The notes under the pieces were generated by a model that did no database searches, was not told where the DNA came from, and worked only from the letters and a program-made list of their open reading frames with translations. Made by a program: the position numbers and the translations under genes. Below, piece after piece: positions 1 through 11,600 of a DNA stretch of 64,000 nucleotides (position 1 is its first letter; each line of letters opens with the position of its first letter). The stretch lies in the NCBI GenBank assembly GCA_964016885.1, contig CAXHJY010001472.1, forward strand, positions 744,001 through 808,000, in the 5' to 3' direction. Origin of the DNA: Eledone cirrhosa. Lineage: Eukaryota.

Positions 1-25
1 TTATCTCCCCCTGATTTTTTTTAAC

Positions 26-150
26 AAATTATCTCCCCTTGGACGGCTGGAAATTATCTCCCCTTGGACGGCTGGAAATTATCTCCCCTTGGATGGCTAG
101 AAATTACCTCTCCTTGGACAGCTAAAAATTATCTCCCCTTGGACGACTGC
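26..150 (+). repeat. Example run of type A monomers, consensus AAATTATCTCCCCTTGGACGGCTGG (25 bp)
   Basis: Five consecutive 25-bp units read directly. Three units translate to the 25-aa cycle KLSPLGRLEIISPWTAGNYLPLDGW seen throughout the ORF track. Confidence 0.97.
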
Positions 151-1137
151 AAATTATCTCCCCTTGATTTTTTTTACAAATTATCTCCCCCTGATTTTTT
201 TTTACAAATTATCTCCCCCTGATTTTTTTTACAAAATATCTCCCCCTGATTTTTTTACAAATTATCTCCCCCTGATTTTTTTTACAATCTCCGCCTGATT
301 TTTTTAAAAATTATCTTGCCTTGGCTGGCTGGAAATTATCTCCCCTTGGACGGCTGGAAATTATCTCCCCTTGGAAGGATGGAAATTATCTCCCCTTGGA
401 CGGCTGGAAATTATCTCCCCTTGCACGGCTGGAAATTATCTCCCCTTGGACAGCTGGAAATTATCTGCCCTTGATTTTGTTTTTACAAATTATGTTCCCC
501 TGATTTTTTTTACAAATTATCTCCACCTGATTTTTTAAAAAATTATCTCCCCTTGGACGGCTGGAAATTATCTCCCCTTGGTTGGAAATTATCTCCCCTT
601 GGACGGCTAGAAATTATCTCTGTTTGGAATGCTGGAAATTATCTCCCCTTGGACGACTGCAAATTATCTCCCCTTGATTTTTTTTACAAATTATCTCCCC
701 CTGATTTTTTTTTACAAATTATCTCCCCCTGATTTTTTTTACAAAATATCTCCCCCTGATTTTTTTACAAATTATCTCCCCCTGATTTTTTTTACAATCT
801 CCGCCTGATTTTTTTAAAAATTATCTTGCCTTGGCTGGCTGGAAATTATCTCCCCTTGGACGGCTGGAAATTATCTCCCCTTGGAAGGATGGAAATTATC
901 TCCCCTTGGACGGCTGGAAATTATCTCCCCTTGCACGGCTGGAAATTATCTCCCCTTGGACAGCTGGAAATTATCTGCCCTTGATTTTGTTTTTACAAAT
1001 TATGTTCCCCTGATTTTTTTTACAAATTATCTCCACCTGATTTTTTAAAAAATTATCTCCCCTTGGACGGCTGGAAATTATCTCCCCTTGGTTGGAAATT
1101 ATCTCCCCTTGGACGGCTAGAAATTATCTCTGTTTGG
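127..1137 (+). repeat. 510-bp local tandem duplication (copy in block I)
   Basis: Rare variant GGACGACTGC at 141 and 651; identical ORFs at 321 and 831; distinctive junction monomer TGTTTGGAATGCTGG at 621-635. Confidence 0.93.
151..307 (+). repeat. Example run of type B monomers, consensus AAATTATCTCCCCCTGA(T)7-11AC (26-30 bp)
   Basis: Consecutive T-tract units read directly. The T8 form is 27 bp, matching the 9-aa repeats YKLSPPDFF and TNYLPLIFF. Confidence 0.97.
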
Positions 1138-4100
1138 ACGGCTGGAAATTATCTCCCTTTGATTTTTTTAACAAATTATCTCCCTCTGATTTTTTTTACA
1201 AATCTCCCCCTGATTTTTTTAAAAAAATTATCTCCCCTTCGCTGGCTGGAAATTATCTCCCCTTGGACACTGGAAATTATAGCCCCCTGGAGGGCTGGAA
1301 ATTATCTTCCCTTGGACGGCTGGAAATTATCTCCCCTTGATTTTTTTTACAAATTATCTCCCCCTGATTTTTTTTTTACAAATTATCTCCCCCTGATTTT
1401 TTTTAACAAATTATCTCCGCCTGATTTTTTTAAAAAAATTATCTCCCCTTGGACGGCTGGAAATTATCTCCCCTTGGACGGCTGGAAATTATCTCCCCTT
1501 GGACGGCTAGAAATTACCTCTCCTTGGACGGCTGAAAATTATCTCCCCTTGGACGGCTGCAAATTATCTCCCTTGGATTTTTTTTACAAATTATCTCCCC
1601 TTGATTTTTTTTTATAAATTATCTCCCCCTGATTTTTTTTACAAATTATCTTCCCTTGGACGGCTGGAAATTATCTCCCCTTGGAAGGATGGAAATTATC
1701 TCCCCTTGGACGGCTGGAATTTATCTCCCCTTGCACGGCTGGAAATTATCTCCCCTTGGACAGCTGGAAATTATCTGCCCTTGATTTTTTTTTTACAAAT
1801 TATCTCCCCCTGATTTTTTTTTACAAATTATCTCCCCCTGATTTTTTTTTTACAAATTATCTCCGCCTGATTTTTTTTTAAAATTATCTCCCCTTGGACG
1901 GCTGGAAATTATCTCCCCTTGGACGGCTGGAAATTATCTTCCCTTGGACGGCTAGAAATTACCTCTCCTTGGACGGCTGAAAATTATCTCCCCTTGGACG
2001 GCTGGAAATTATCTCCCCTTGATTTTTTTACAAATTATCTGCCCCTGATTTTTTTTTACAAATTATCTCCCCCTGATTTTTTTTTACAAATTATCTCCCC
2101 CTGATTTTTTTTTACAAATTATCTCCCCCTGATTTTTTTTTTACAAATTATCTCCCCCTGATTTTTTTACAAATTATCTCCCCCTGATTTTTTTTACAAT
2201 CTCCGCCTGATTTTTTAAAAAATTATCTTCCCTTGGCTGGCGGGAAATTATCTCCCCTTGGACGGCTGGAAATTATCTCCCCTTGGCTGGAAATTATCTC
2301 CCCTTGGACACTGGAAATTATAGCCCCTTGGAGGGCTGGAAATTATCTTCCCTTGGACGGCTGGAAATTATCTCCCCTTGATTTTTTTACAAATTATCTG
2401 CCCCTGATTTTTTTTTTACAAATTATCTCCCCCTGATTTTTTTTTACAAATTATCTACCCCTGATTTTTTTTACAAATTATCTCCCCCTGATTTTTTTTT
2501 TACAAATTATCTCCCCCTGATTTTTTTAAAAATGATCTCCCCTTGGACGGCTGGAAATGATCTCCCCTTGGCTGGTTGGAAATTATCTCCCCTTGGACCG
2601 CTAGAAATTATCTCTCCTTGGACGGCTGGAAATTATTTCCCCTTGATTTTTATTACAAATCTCCCCCTAATTTAAAAAAAAATTATCTCCCCTTCGCTGG
2701 CTGGAAATTATCTCCCTTTGGACGGCTGGAAATTATAGCCCCTTGTAGGGCTGGAAATTATCTCCCCTTGGACGGCTGGAAATTATCTCCCCTTGATTTT
2801 TTTTACAAATTATCTCCCCCTGATTTTTTAAAAAATGATCTCCCCTTGGACGGCTGGAAATGATCTCCCCTTGGCTGCTTGGAAATTATCTCCCCTTGGA
2901 CCGCTAGAAATTATCTCTCCTTGGATGGCTGGAAATTATCTCCCCTTGATTTTTTTACAAATTATCTCCCCCTGATTTTTTTTACAAATCTCCCAGTGAT
3001 TTTTAAAAAAAATTTTCTCCCCTTCGCTGGCTGGAAATTATCTCCCCTTGGACGCTGGAAATTATAGCCCCTTGGAAGGCTGGAAATTATCTTCCCTTGG
3101 ACGGCTGGAAATTATCTCCCCTTGATTTTTTTTTACAAATTATCTCCCCCTGATTTTTTTTTTTACAAATTATCTCCCCCTGATTTTTTTTAACAAATTA
3201 TCTCCGCCTGATTTTTTAAAAAAAATTATCTCCCCTTGGACGGCTGGAAATTATCTCCCCTTGGACGGCTGGAAATTATCTCCCCTTGGACGGCTAGAAA
3301 TTACCTCTCCTTGGACGGCTGAAAATTATCTCCCCTTGGACGGCTGCAAATTATCTCCCCTTGATTTTTTTTACAAATTATCTCCCCTTGATTTTTTTTT
3401 ACAAATTATCTCCCCCTGATTTTTTTTACAAATTATCTTCCCTTGGACGGCTGGAAATTATCTCCCCTTGGCTGGAAATTATCTCCCCTTGGACGGCTAG
3501 AAATTATCTCTCTTTGGACGGCTGGAAATTATCTCCCTTTGATTTTTTTAACAAATTATCTCCCTCTGATTTTTTTTACAAATCTCCCCCTGATTTTTTT
3601 AAAAAAATTATCTCCCCTTCGCTGGCTGGAAATTATCTCCCCTTGGACACTGGAAATTATAGCCCCCTGGAGGGCTGGAAATTATCTTCCCTTGGACGGC
3701 TGGAAATTATCTCCCCTTGATTTTTTTTACAAATTATCTCCCCCTGATTTTTTTTTACAAATTATCTCCCCCTGATTTTTTTTACAAATTATCTCCCCCT
3801 GATTTTTTTTTACAAATTATCTCCCCCTGATATTTTTTTTAGAAATTATCTCCGCCTGATTTTTTTTTAAAAATTATCTCCCCTTGGACGGCTGGAAATT
3901 ATCTCCCCTTGGACGGCTGGAAATTATCTCCCCTTGAACGGCTAGAAATTACCTCTCCTTGGACGGCTGAAAATTATCTCCCCTTGGACGGCTGCAAATT
4001 ATCTCCCCTTGATTTTTTTTACAAATTATCTCCCCCTGATTTTTTTTTTACAAATTATCTCCCCCTGATTTTTTTTTTACAAATCTCCGCCTGATTTTAA

Positions 4101-5699
4101 AAAAAAATTATCTCCCCTTGGACGGCTGGAAATTATCTCCCCTTGGACGGCTGGAAATTATTTTCCCTTGGACGGCTAGAAATTACCTCTCCTTGGACGG
4201 CTGAAAATTATCTCCCCTTGGACGGCTGGAAATTATCTCCCCTTGATTTTTTTACAAATTATCTGCCCCTGATTTTTTTTTTACAAATTATCTCCCCCTG
4301 ATTTTTTTAAAAATGATCTCCCCTTGGACGGCTGGAAATGATCTCCCCTTGGCTGGTTGGAAATTATCTCCCCTTGGACCGCTAGAAATAATCTCTCCTT
4401 GGACGGCTGGAAATTATCTCCCCTTGATTTTTTTTACAAATCTCCCCCTAATTTAAAAAAAAATTATCTCCCCTTCGCTGGCTGGAAATTATCTCCCTTT
4501 GGACGGCTGGAAATTATAGCCCCTTGTAGGGCTGGAAATTATCTCCCCTTGGACGGCTGGAAATTATCTCCCCTTGATTTTCTTTACAAATTATCTCCCC
4601 CTGACTTTTTAAAAAATGATCTCCCCTTGGACGGCTGGAAATGATCTCCCCTTGGCTGGTTGGAAATTTTCTCCCCTTGGACGGCTGAAAATTATCTCCC
4701 CTTGGACGGCTGCAAATTATCTCCCCTTGATTTTTTTTACAAATTATCTCCCCTTGATTTTTTTTTACAAATTATCTCCCCCTGATTTTTTTTACAAATT
4801 ATCTTCCCTTGGACGGCAGGAAATTATCTCCCCTTGGAAGGATGGAAATTATCTCCCCTTGGACGGCTGGAAATTATCTCCCCTTGCACGGCTGGAAATT
4901 ATCTCCCCTTGGACAGCTGGAAATTATCTGCCCTTGATTTTGTTTTTACAAATTATCTCCCCCTGATTTTTTTTACAAATTATCTCCACCTGATTTTTTT
5001 AAAAATGATCTCCCCTTGGACGGCTGGAAATGATCTCCCCTTGGCTGGTTGGAAATTTTCTCCCCTTGGACCGCTAGAAATTATCTCTCCTTGGACGGCT
5101 GGAAATTATCTCCCCTTGATTTTTTTACAAATTATCTCCCCCTGATTTTTTTTACAAATCTCCCAGTGATTTTTTAAAAAAATTATCTCCCCTTCGCTGG
5201 CTGGAAATTATCTCCCCTTGGACGCTGGAAATTATAGCCCCTTGGAGGGCTGGAAATTATCTTCCCTTGGACGGCTGGAAATTATCTCCCCTTGATTTTT
5301 TTTACAAATTATCTCCCCCTGATTTTTTTTTACAAATTATCTCCCCCTGATTTTTTTTACAAATTATCTCCCCCTGATTTTTTTTAACAAATTATCTCCC
5401 CTTGGACGGCTGGAAATTATCTCCCCTTGGACGGCTGGAAATTATCTCCCCTTGGACGGCTAGAAATTACCTCTCCTTGGACAGCTGAAAATTATCTCCC
5501 CTTGGACGGCTGCAAATTATCTCCCCTTGATTTTTTTTTACAAATTATCTCCCCCTGATTTTTTTTACAAATTATCTCCCCCTGATTTTTTTTACAAATT
5601 ATCTCCCCCTGATTTTTTTTACAAAATATCTCCCCCTGATTTTTTTACAAATTATCTCCCCCTGATTTTTTTTACAATCTCCGCCTGATTTTTTTAAAA

Positions 5700-8600
5700 A
5701 TTATCTTGCCTTGGCTGGCTGGAAATTATCTCCCCTTGGACGGCTGGAAATTATCTCCCCTTGGAAGGATGGAAATTATCTCCCCTTGGACGGCTGGAAA
5801 TTATCTCCCCTTGCACGGCTGGAAATTATCTCCCCTTGGACAGCTGGAAATTATCTGCCCTTGATTTTGTTTTTACAAATTATGTTCCCCTGATTTTTTT
5901 TACAAATTATCTCCACCTGATTTTTTAAAAAATTATCTCCCCTTGGACGGCTGGAAATTATCTCCCCTTGGTTGGAAATTATCTCCCCTTGGACGGCTAG
6001 AAATTATCTCTGTTTGGACGAATGGAAATTATCTCCCTTTGATTTTTTTAACAAATTATCTCCCTCTGATTTTTTTTACAAATCTCCCCCTGATTTTTTT
6101 AAAAAAATTATCTCCCCTTCGCTGGCTGGAAATTATCTCCCCTTGGACACTGGAAATTATAGCCCCCTGGAGGGCTGGAAATTATCTTCCCTTGGACGGC
6201 TGGAAATTATCTCCCCTTGATTTTTTTTACAAATTATCTCCCCCTGATTTTTTTTTTACAAATTATCTCCCCCTGATTTTTTTTACAAATTATCTCCCCC
6301 TGATTTTTTTACAAATTATCTCCGCCTGATTTTTTTAAAAATTATCTTCCCTTGGCTGGCGGGAAATTATCTCCCCTTGGACGGCTGGAAATTATCTCCC
6401 CTTGGAAGGATGGAAATTATCTCCCCTTGGACAGCTGGAAATTATCTCCCCTTGGACGGCTGAAAATTATCTCCCCTTGATTTTTTTTTTACAAATTATC
6501 TCCCCCTGATTTTTTTTTACAAATTATCTCCCCCTGATTTTTTTTTTACAAATTATCTCTCCCTGATTTTTTTTTACAAATATCTCCCCTTGGCTGGCTG
6601 GAAATTATCTCCCCTTGGACGGTTGGAAATTATCTCCCCTTGGACGGCTGGAAATTATCTCCCCTTGAACGGCTGGAAATTATCTCCTCTTGGACGGCTG
6701 GAAATTATCTCCCCTTGGACGGCTGGAAATTATCTCCCCTTGGACCGCTAGAAATTATCTCTCCTTGGACGGCTGGAAATTATCTCCCCTTGATTTTTCT
6801 ACAAATTATCTCGTCCTGATTTTTTTTACAAATCTCCCAGTGATTTTTAAAAAAAAATTATCTCCCCTTCGCTGGCTGGAAATTATCTCACCTTGGACGC
6901 TGGAAATTATAGCCCCTTGGAGGGCTGGAAATTATCTTCACTTGGACGGCTGGAAATTATCTCCCCTTGATTTTTTTTACAAATTATCTCCCCCTGATTT
7001 TTTTTTACAAATTATCTCCCCCGGATTTTTTTTTATAAATTATCTCCCCCTGATTTTTTTTAACAAATTATCTCCGCCTGATTTTTAAAAAAAAATTATC
7101 TCCCCTTAGACGGCTGGAAATTATCTCCCCTTGGACGGCTGGAAATTATCTCCCCTTGGACGGCTAGAAATTAGACGGCTGAAAATTATCTCCCCTTGGA
7201 CGGCTGCAAATAATCTCCCCTTGATTTTTTTTACAAATTATCTCCCCCTGATTTTTTTTTACAAATTATCTCCCCCTGATTTCTTTTTACAAATTATCTC
7301 CCCCTGATTTTTTTTTACAAATTATCTACCCCTGATTTTTTTTTACAAATTATCTCCCCCTGATTTTTTTTTACAAATAATCTCCCCCTGATTTTTTTTT
7401 ACAAATTATCTCCCCCTGATTTTTTTTTTACAAATTATCTCCCCCTGATTTTTTTACAAATTATCTCCCCCTGATTTTTTTTACAATCTCCGCCTGATTT
7501 TTTAAAAAATGATCTCCCCTTGGACGGCTGGAAATGATCTCCCCTTGGCTGGTTGGAAATTATCTCCCCTTGGACCGCTAGAAATTATCTCTCCTTGGAC
7601 GGCTGGAAATTATCTCCCCTTGATTTTTTTACAAATTATCTCCCCCTGATTTTTTTTACAAATCTCCCAGTGATTTTTTAAAAAAAATTATCTCCCCTTC
7701 GCTGGCTGGAAATTATCTCCCCTTGGACGCTGGAAATTATAGCCCCCTTGGAGGGCTGGAAATTATCTTCCCTTGGACGGCTGGAAATTATCTCCCCTTG
7801 ATTTTTTTTTACAAATTATCTCCCCCTGATTTTTTTTTACAAATTATCTCCGCCTGATTTTTTAAAAAAAATTATCTCCCCTTGGACGGCTGGAATTATC
7901 TCCCCTTGGACGGCTGGAAATTATCTCCCCTTGGACGGCTAGAAATTACCTCTCCTTGGACGGCTGAAAATTATCTCCCCTTGGACGGCTGCAAATTATC
8001 TCCCCTTGATTTTTTTTACAAATTATCTTCCCCTGATTTTTTTTTACAAATTATCTACCCCTGATTTTTTTTACAAATTATCTCCCCCTGATTTTTTTTT
8101 ACAAATTATCTCCCCCTGATTTTTTTTTACAAATTATCTCCCCCTGATTTTTTTACAAATTATCTCCCCCTGATTTTTTTTACAATCTCCGCCTGATTTT
8201 TTAAAAAATAATCTTCCCTTGGCTGGCGGGAAATTATCTCCCCTTGGACGGCTGGAAATTATCTCCCCTTGGAAGGATAGAAATTATCTCCCCTTGGACG
8301 GCTGGAAATTATCTCCCCTTGCACGGCTGGAAATTATCTCCCCTTGGACAGCTGGAAATTATCTGCCCTTGATTTTGTTTTTACAAATTATCTCCCCCTG
8401 ATTTTTTTTACAAATTATCTCCACCTGATTTTTTAAAAAATTATCTCCCCTTGGACGGCTGGAAATTATCTCCCCTTGGCTGGAAATTATCTCCCCTTGG
8501 ACGGCTAGAAATTATCTCTCTTTGGACGGCTGGAAATTATCTCCCTTTGATTTTTTTACAAATTATCTCCCTCTGATTTTTTTTACAAATCTCCCCCTGA

Positions 8601-11600
8601 TTTTTAAAAAAAAATTATCTCCCCTTCGCTGGCTGGAAATTATCTCCCCTTGGACACTGGAAATTATAGCCCCTTGGAGGGCTGGAAATTATCTTCCCTT
8701 GGACGGCTGGAAATTATCTCCCCTTGATTTTTTTTACAAATTATCTCCCCATGATATTTTTTTTACAAATTATCTCCCCCTGATTTTTTTACAAATTATC
8801 TCCCCCTGATTTTTTTTACAAATTATCTCCGCCTGATTTTTTTAAATATTATCTTCCCTTGGCTGGCGGGAAATTATCTCCCCTTGGACGGTTGGAAATT
8901 ATCTCCCCTTGCACTGCTGGAAATTATCTCCCCTTGGACGGCTGGAAATTATCTCCCCTTGCACGGCTGGAAATTATCATCCCCTTGGACGGCTGAAAAT
9001 TATCTCCCCTTGATTTTTTTTTACAAATTATCTGCCCCTGATTTTTTTTTACAAATTATCTCCCCCTGATTTTTTTTTACAAATTATCTCCGCCTGATTT
9101 TTAAAAAAAAATTATCTCCCCTTAGACGGCTGGAAATTATCTCCCCTTGGACGGCTGGAAATTATCTCCCCTTGGACGGCTAGAAATTGGACGGCTGAAA
9201 ATTATCTCCCCTTGGACGGCTGCAAATTATCTCCCCTTGATTTTTTTTACAAATTATCTCCCCCTGATTTTTTTTTACAAATTATCTCCCCCTGATTTTT
9301 TTTTTACAAATTATCTCCCCCTGATTTTTTTTACAAATTATCTCCCCCTGATTTTTTTTACAATCTCCGCCTGATTTTTTAAAAAATTATCTTCCCTTGG
9401 CTGGCGGGAAATTATCTCCCCTTGGACGGCTGGAAATTATCTCCCCTTGGCTGGAAATTATCTCCCCTTGGACACTGGAAATTATAGCCCCTTGGAGGGC
9501 TGGAAATTATCTTCCCTTGGACGGCTGGAAATTATCTCCCCTTGATTTTTTTACAAATTATCTGCCCCTGATTTTTTTTTACAAATTATCTCCCCCTGAT
9601 TTTTTTTTACAAATTATCTACCCCTGATTTTTTTTACAAATTATCTCCCCCTGATTTTTTTTTTACAAATTATCTCCCCCTGATTTTTTTAAAAATGATC
9701 TCCCCTTGGACGGCTGGAAATGATCTCCCCTTGGCTGGTTGGAAATTATCTCCCCTTGGACCGCTAGAAATTATCTCTCCTTGGACGGCTGGAAATTATT
9801 TCCCCTTGATTTTTTTTACAAATCTCCCCCTAATTTAAAAAAAAATTATCTCCCCTTCGCTGGCTGGAAATTATCTCCCTTTGGACGGCTGGAAATTATA
9901 GCCCCTTGTAGGGCTGGAAATTATCTCCCCTTGATTTTTTTTACAAATTATCTCCCCCTGATTTTTTTAAAAATGATCTCCCCTTGGACGGCTGGAAATG
10001 ATCTCCCCTTGGCTGGTTGGAAATTATCTCCCCTTGGACCGCTAGAAATTATCTCTCCTTGGATGGCTGGAAATTATCTCCCCTTGATTTTTCTACAAAT
10101 TATCTCCCCCTGATTTTTTTTACAAATCTCCCAGTGATTTTTAAAAAAAATTTTCTCCCCTTCGCTGGCTGGAAATTATCTCCCCTTGGACGCTGGAAAT
10201 TATAGCCCCTTGGAAGGCTGGAAATTATCTTCCCTTGGACGGCTGGAAATTATCTCCCCTTGATTTTTTTTACAAATTATCTCCCCCTGATTTTTTTTTT
10301 TACAAATTATCTCCCCCTGATTTTTTTTAACAAATTATCTCCCCTTTGACGGCTGGAAATTATCTCCCCTTGGACGGCTGGAAATTATCTCCCCTTGGAC
10401 GGCTGGAAATTATCTCCCCTTGGACGGCTAGAAATTACCTCTCCTTGGACGGCTGAAAATTATCTCCCCTTGGACGGCTGCAAATTATCTCCCCTTGATT
10501 TTTTTTACAAATTATCTCCCCTTGATTTTTTTTACAAATTATCTCCCCCTGATTTTTTTTACAAATTATCTTCCCTTGGACGGCTGGAAATTATCTCCCC
10601 TTGGAAGGATGGAAATTATCTCCCCTTGGACGGCTGGAAATTATCTCCCCTTGCACGGCTGGAAATTATCTCCCCTTGGACAGCTGGAAATTATCTGCCC
10701 TTGATTTTGTTTTTACAAATTATCTCCCCCTGATTTTTTTTACAAATTATCTCCACCTGATTTTTTTAAAAATTATCTCCCCTTGGACGGCTGGAAATTA
10801 TCTCCCCTTGGCTGGAAATTATCTCCCCTTGGACGGCTAGAAATTATCTCTCTTTGGACGGCTGGAAATTATCTCCCTTTGATTTTTTTAACAAATTATC
10901 TCCCTCTGATTTTTTTTACAAATCTCCCCCTGATTTTTTTAAAAAAATTATCTCCCCTTCGCTGGCTGGAAATTATCTCCCCTTGGACACTGGAAATTAT
11001 AGCCCCCTGGAGGGCTGGAAATTATCTTCCCTTGGACGGCTGGAAATTATCTCCCCTTGATTTTTTTTACAAATTATCTCCCCCTGATTTTTTTTTACAA
11101 ATTATCTCCCCCTGATTTTTTTTACAAATTATCTCCCCCTGATTTTTTTTTACAAATTATCTCCCCCTGATATTTTTTTTACAAATTATCTCCGCCTGAT
11201 TTTTAAAAAAAAATTATCTCCCCTTGGACGGCTGGAAATTATCTCCCCTTGGACGGCTGGAAATTATCTCCCCTTGGACGGCTAGAAATTACCTCTCCTT
11301 GGACGGCTGAAAATTATCTCCCCTTGGACGGCTGCAAATTATCTCCCCTTGATTTTTTTTACAAATTATCTCCCCCTGATTTTTTCTTTACAAATTATCT
11401 CCCCCTGATTTTTTTTTTACAAATCTCCGCCTGATTTTTAAAAAAAATTATCTCCCCTTGGACGGCTGGAAATTATCTCCCCTTGGACGGCTGGAAATTA
11501 TCTTCCCTTGGACGGCTAGAAATTACCTCTCCTTGGACGGCTGAAAATTATCTCCCCTTGGACGGCTGGAAATTATCTCCCCTTGATTTTTTTACAAATT

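Noticed and set aside
26-42. Shine-Dalgarno-like AAGGGGAG on the minus strand, and T-tracts resembling terminators
   Set aside because: No start codon or ORF follows, and no GC-rich stem precedes the T-tracts. These are by-products of the monomer sequence.
26-50. Telomerase-type 25-bp repeat as in some budding yeasts
   Set aside because: No match to telomeric repeats I know. Two monomer types with inherited variants and multi-kb HORs over at least 64 kb indicate recombinational amplification, not templated addition. A subtelomeric location is not excluded.
151-307. G-quadruplex or i-motif from G4-5/C4-5 tracts
   Set aside because: Tracts are separated by loops of about 21-24 nt, far beyond canonical lengths, so there is no sequence-level support.
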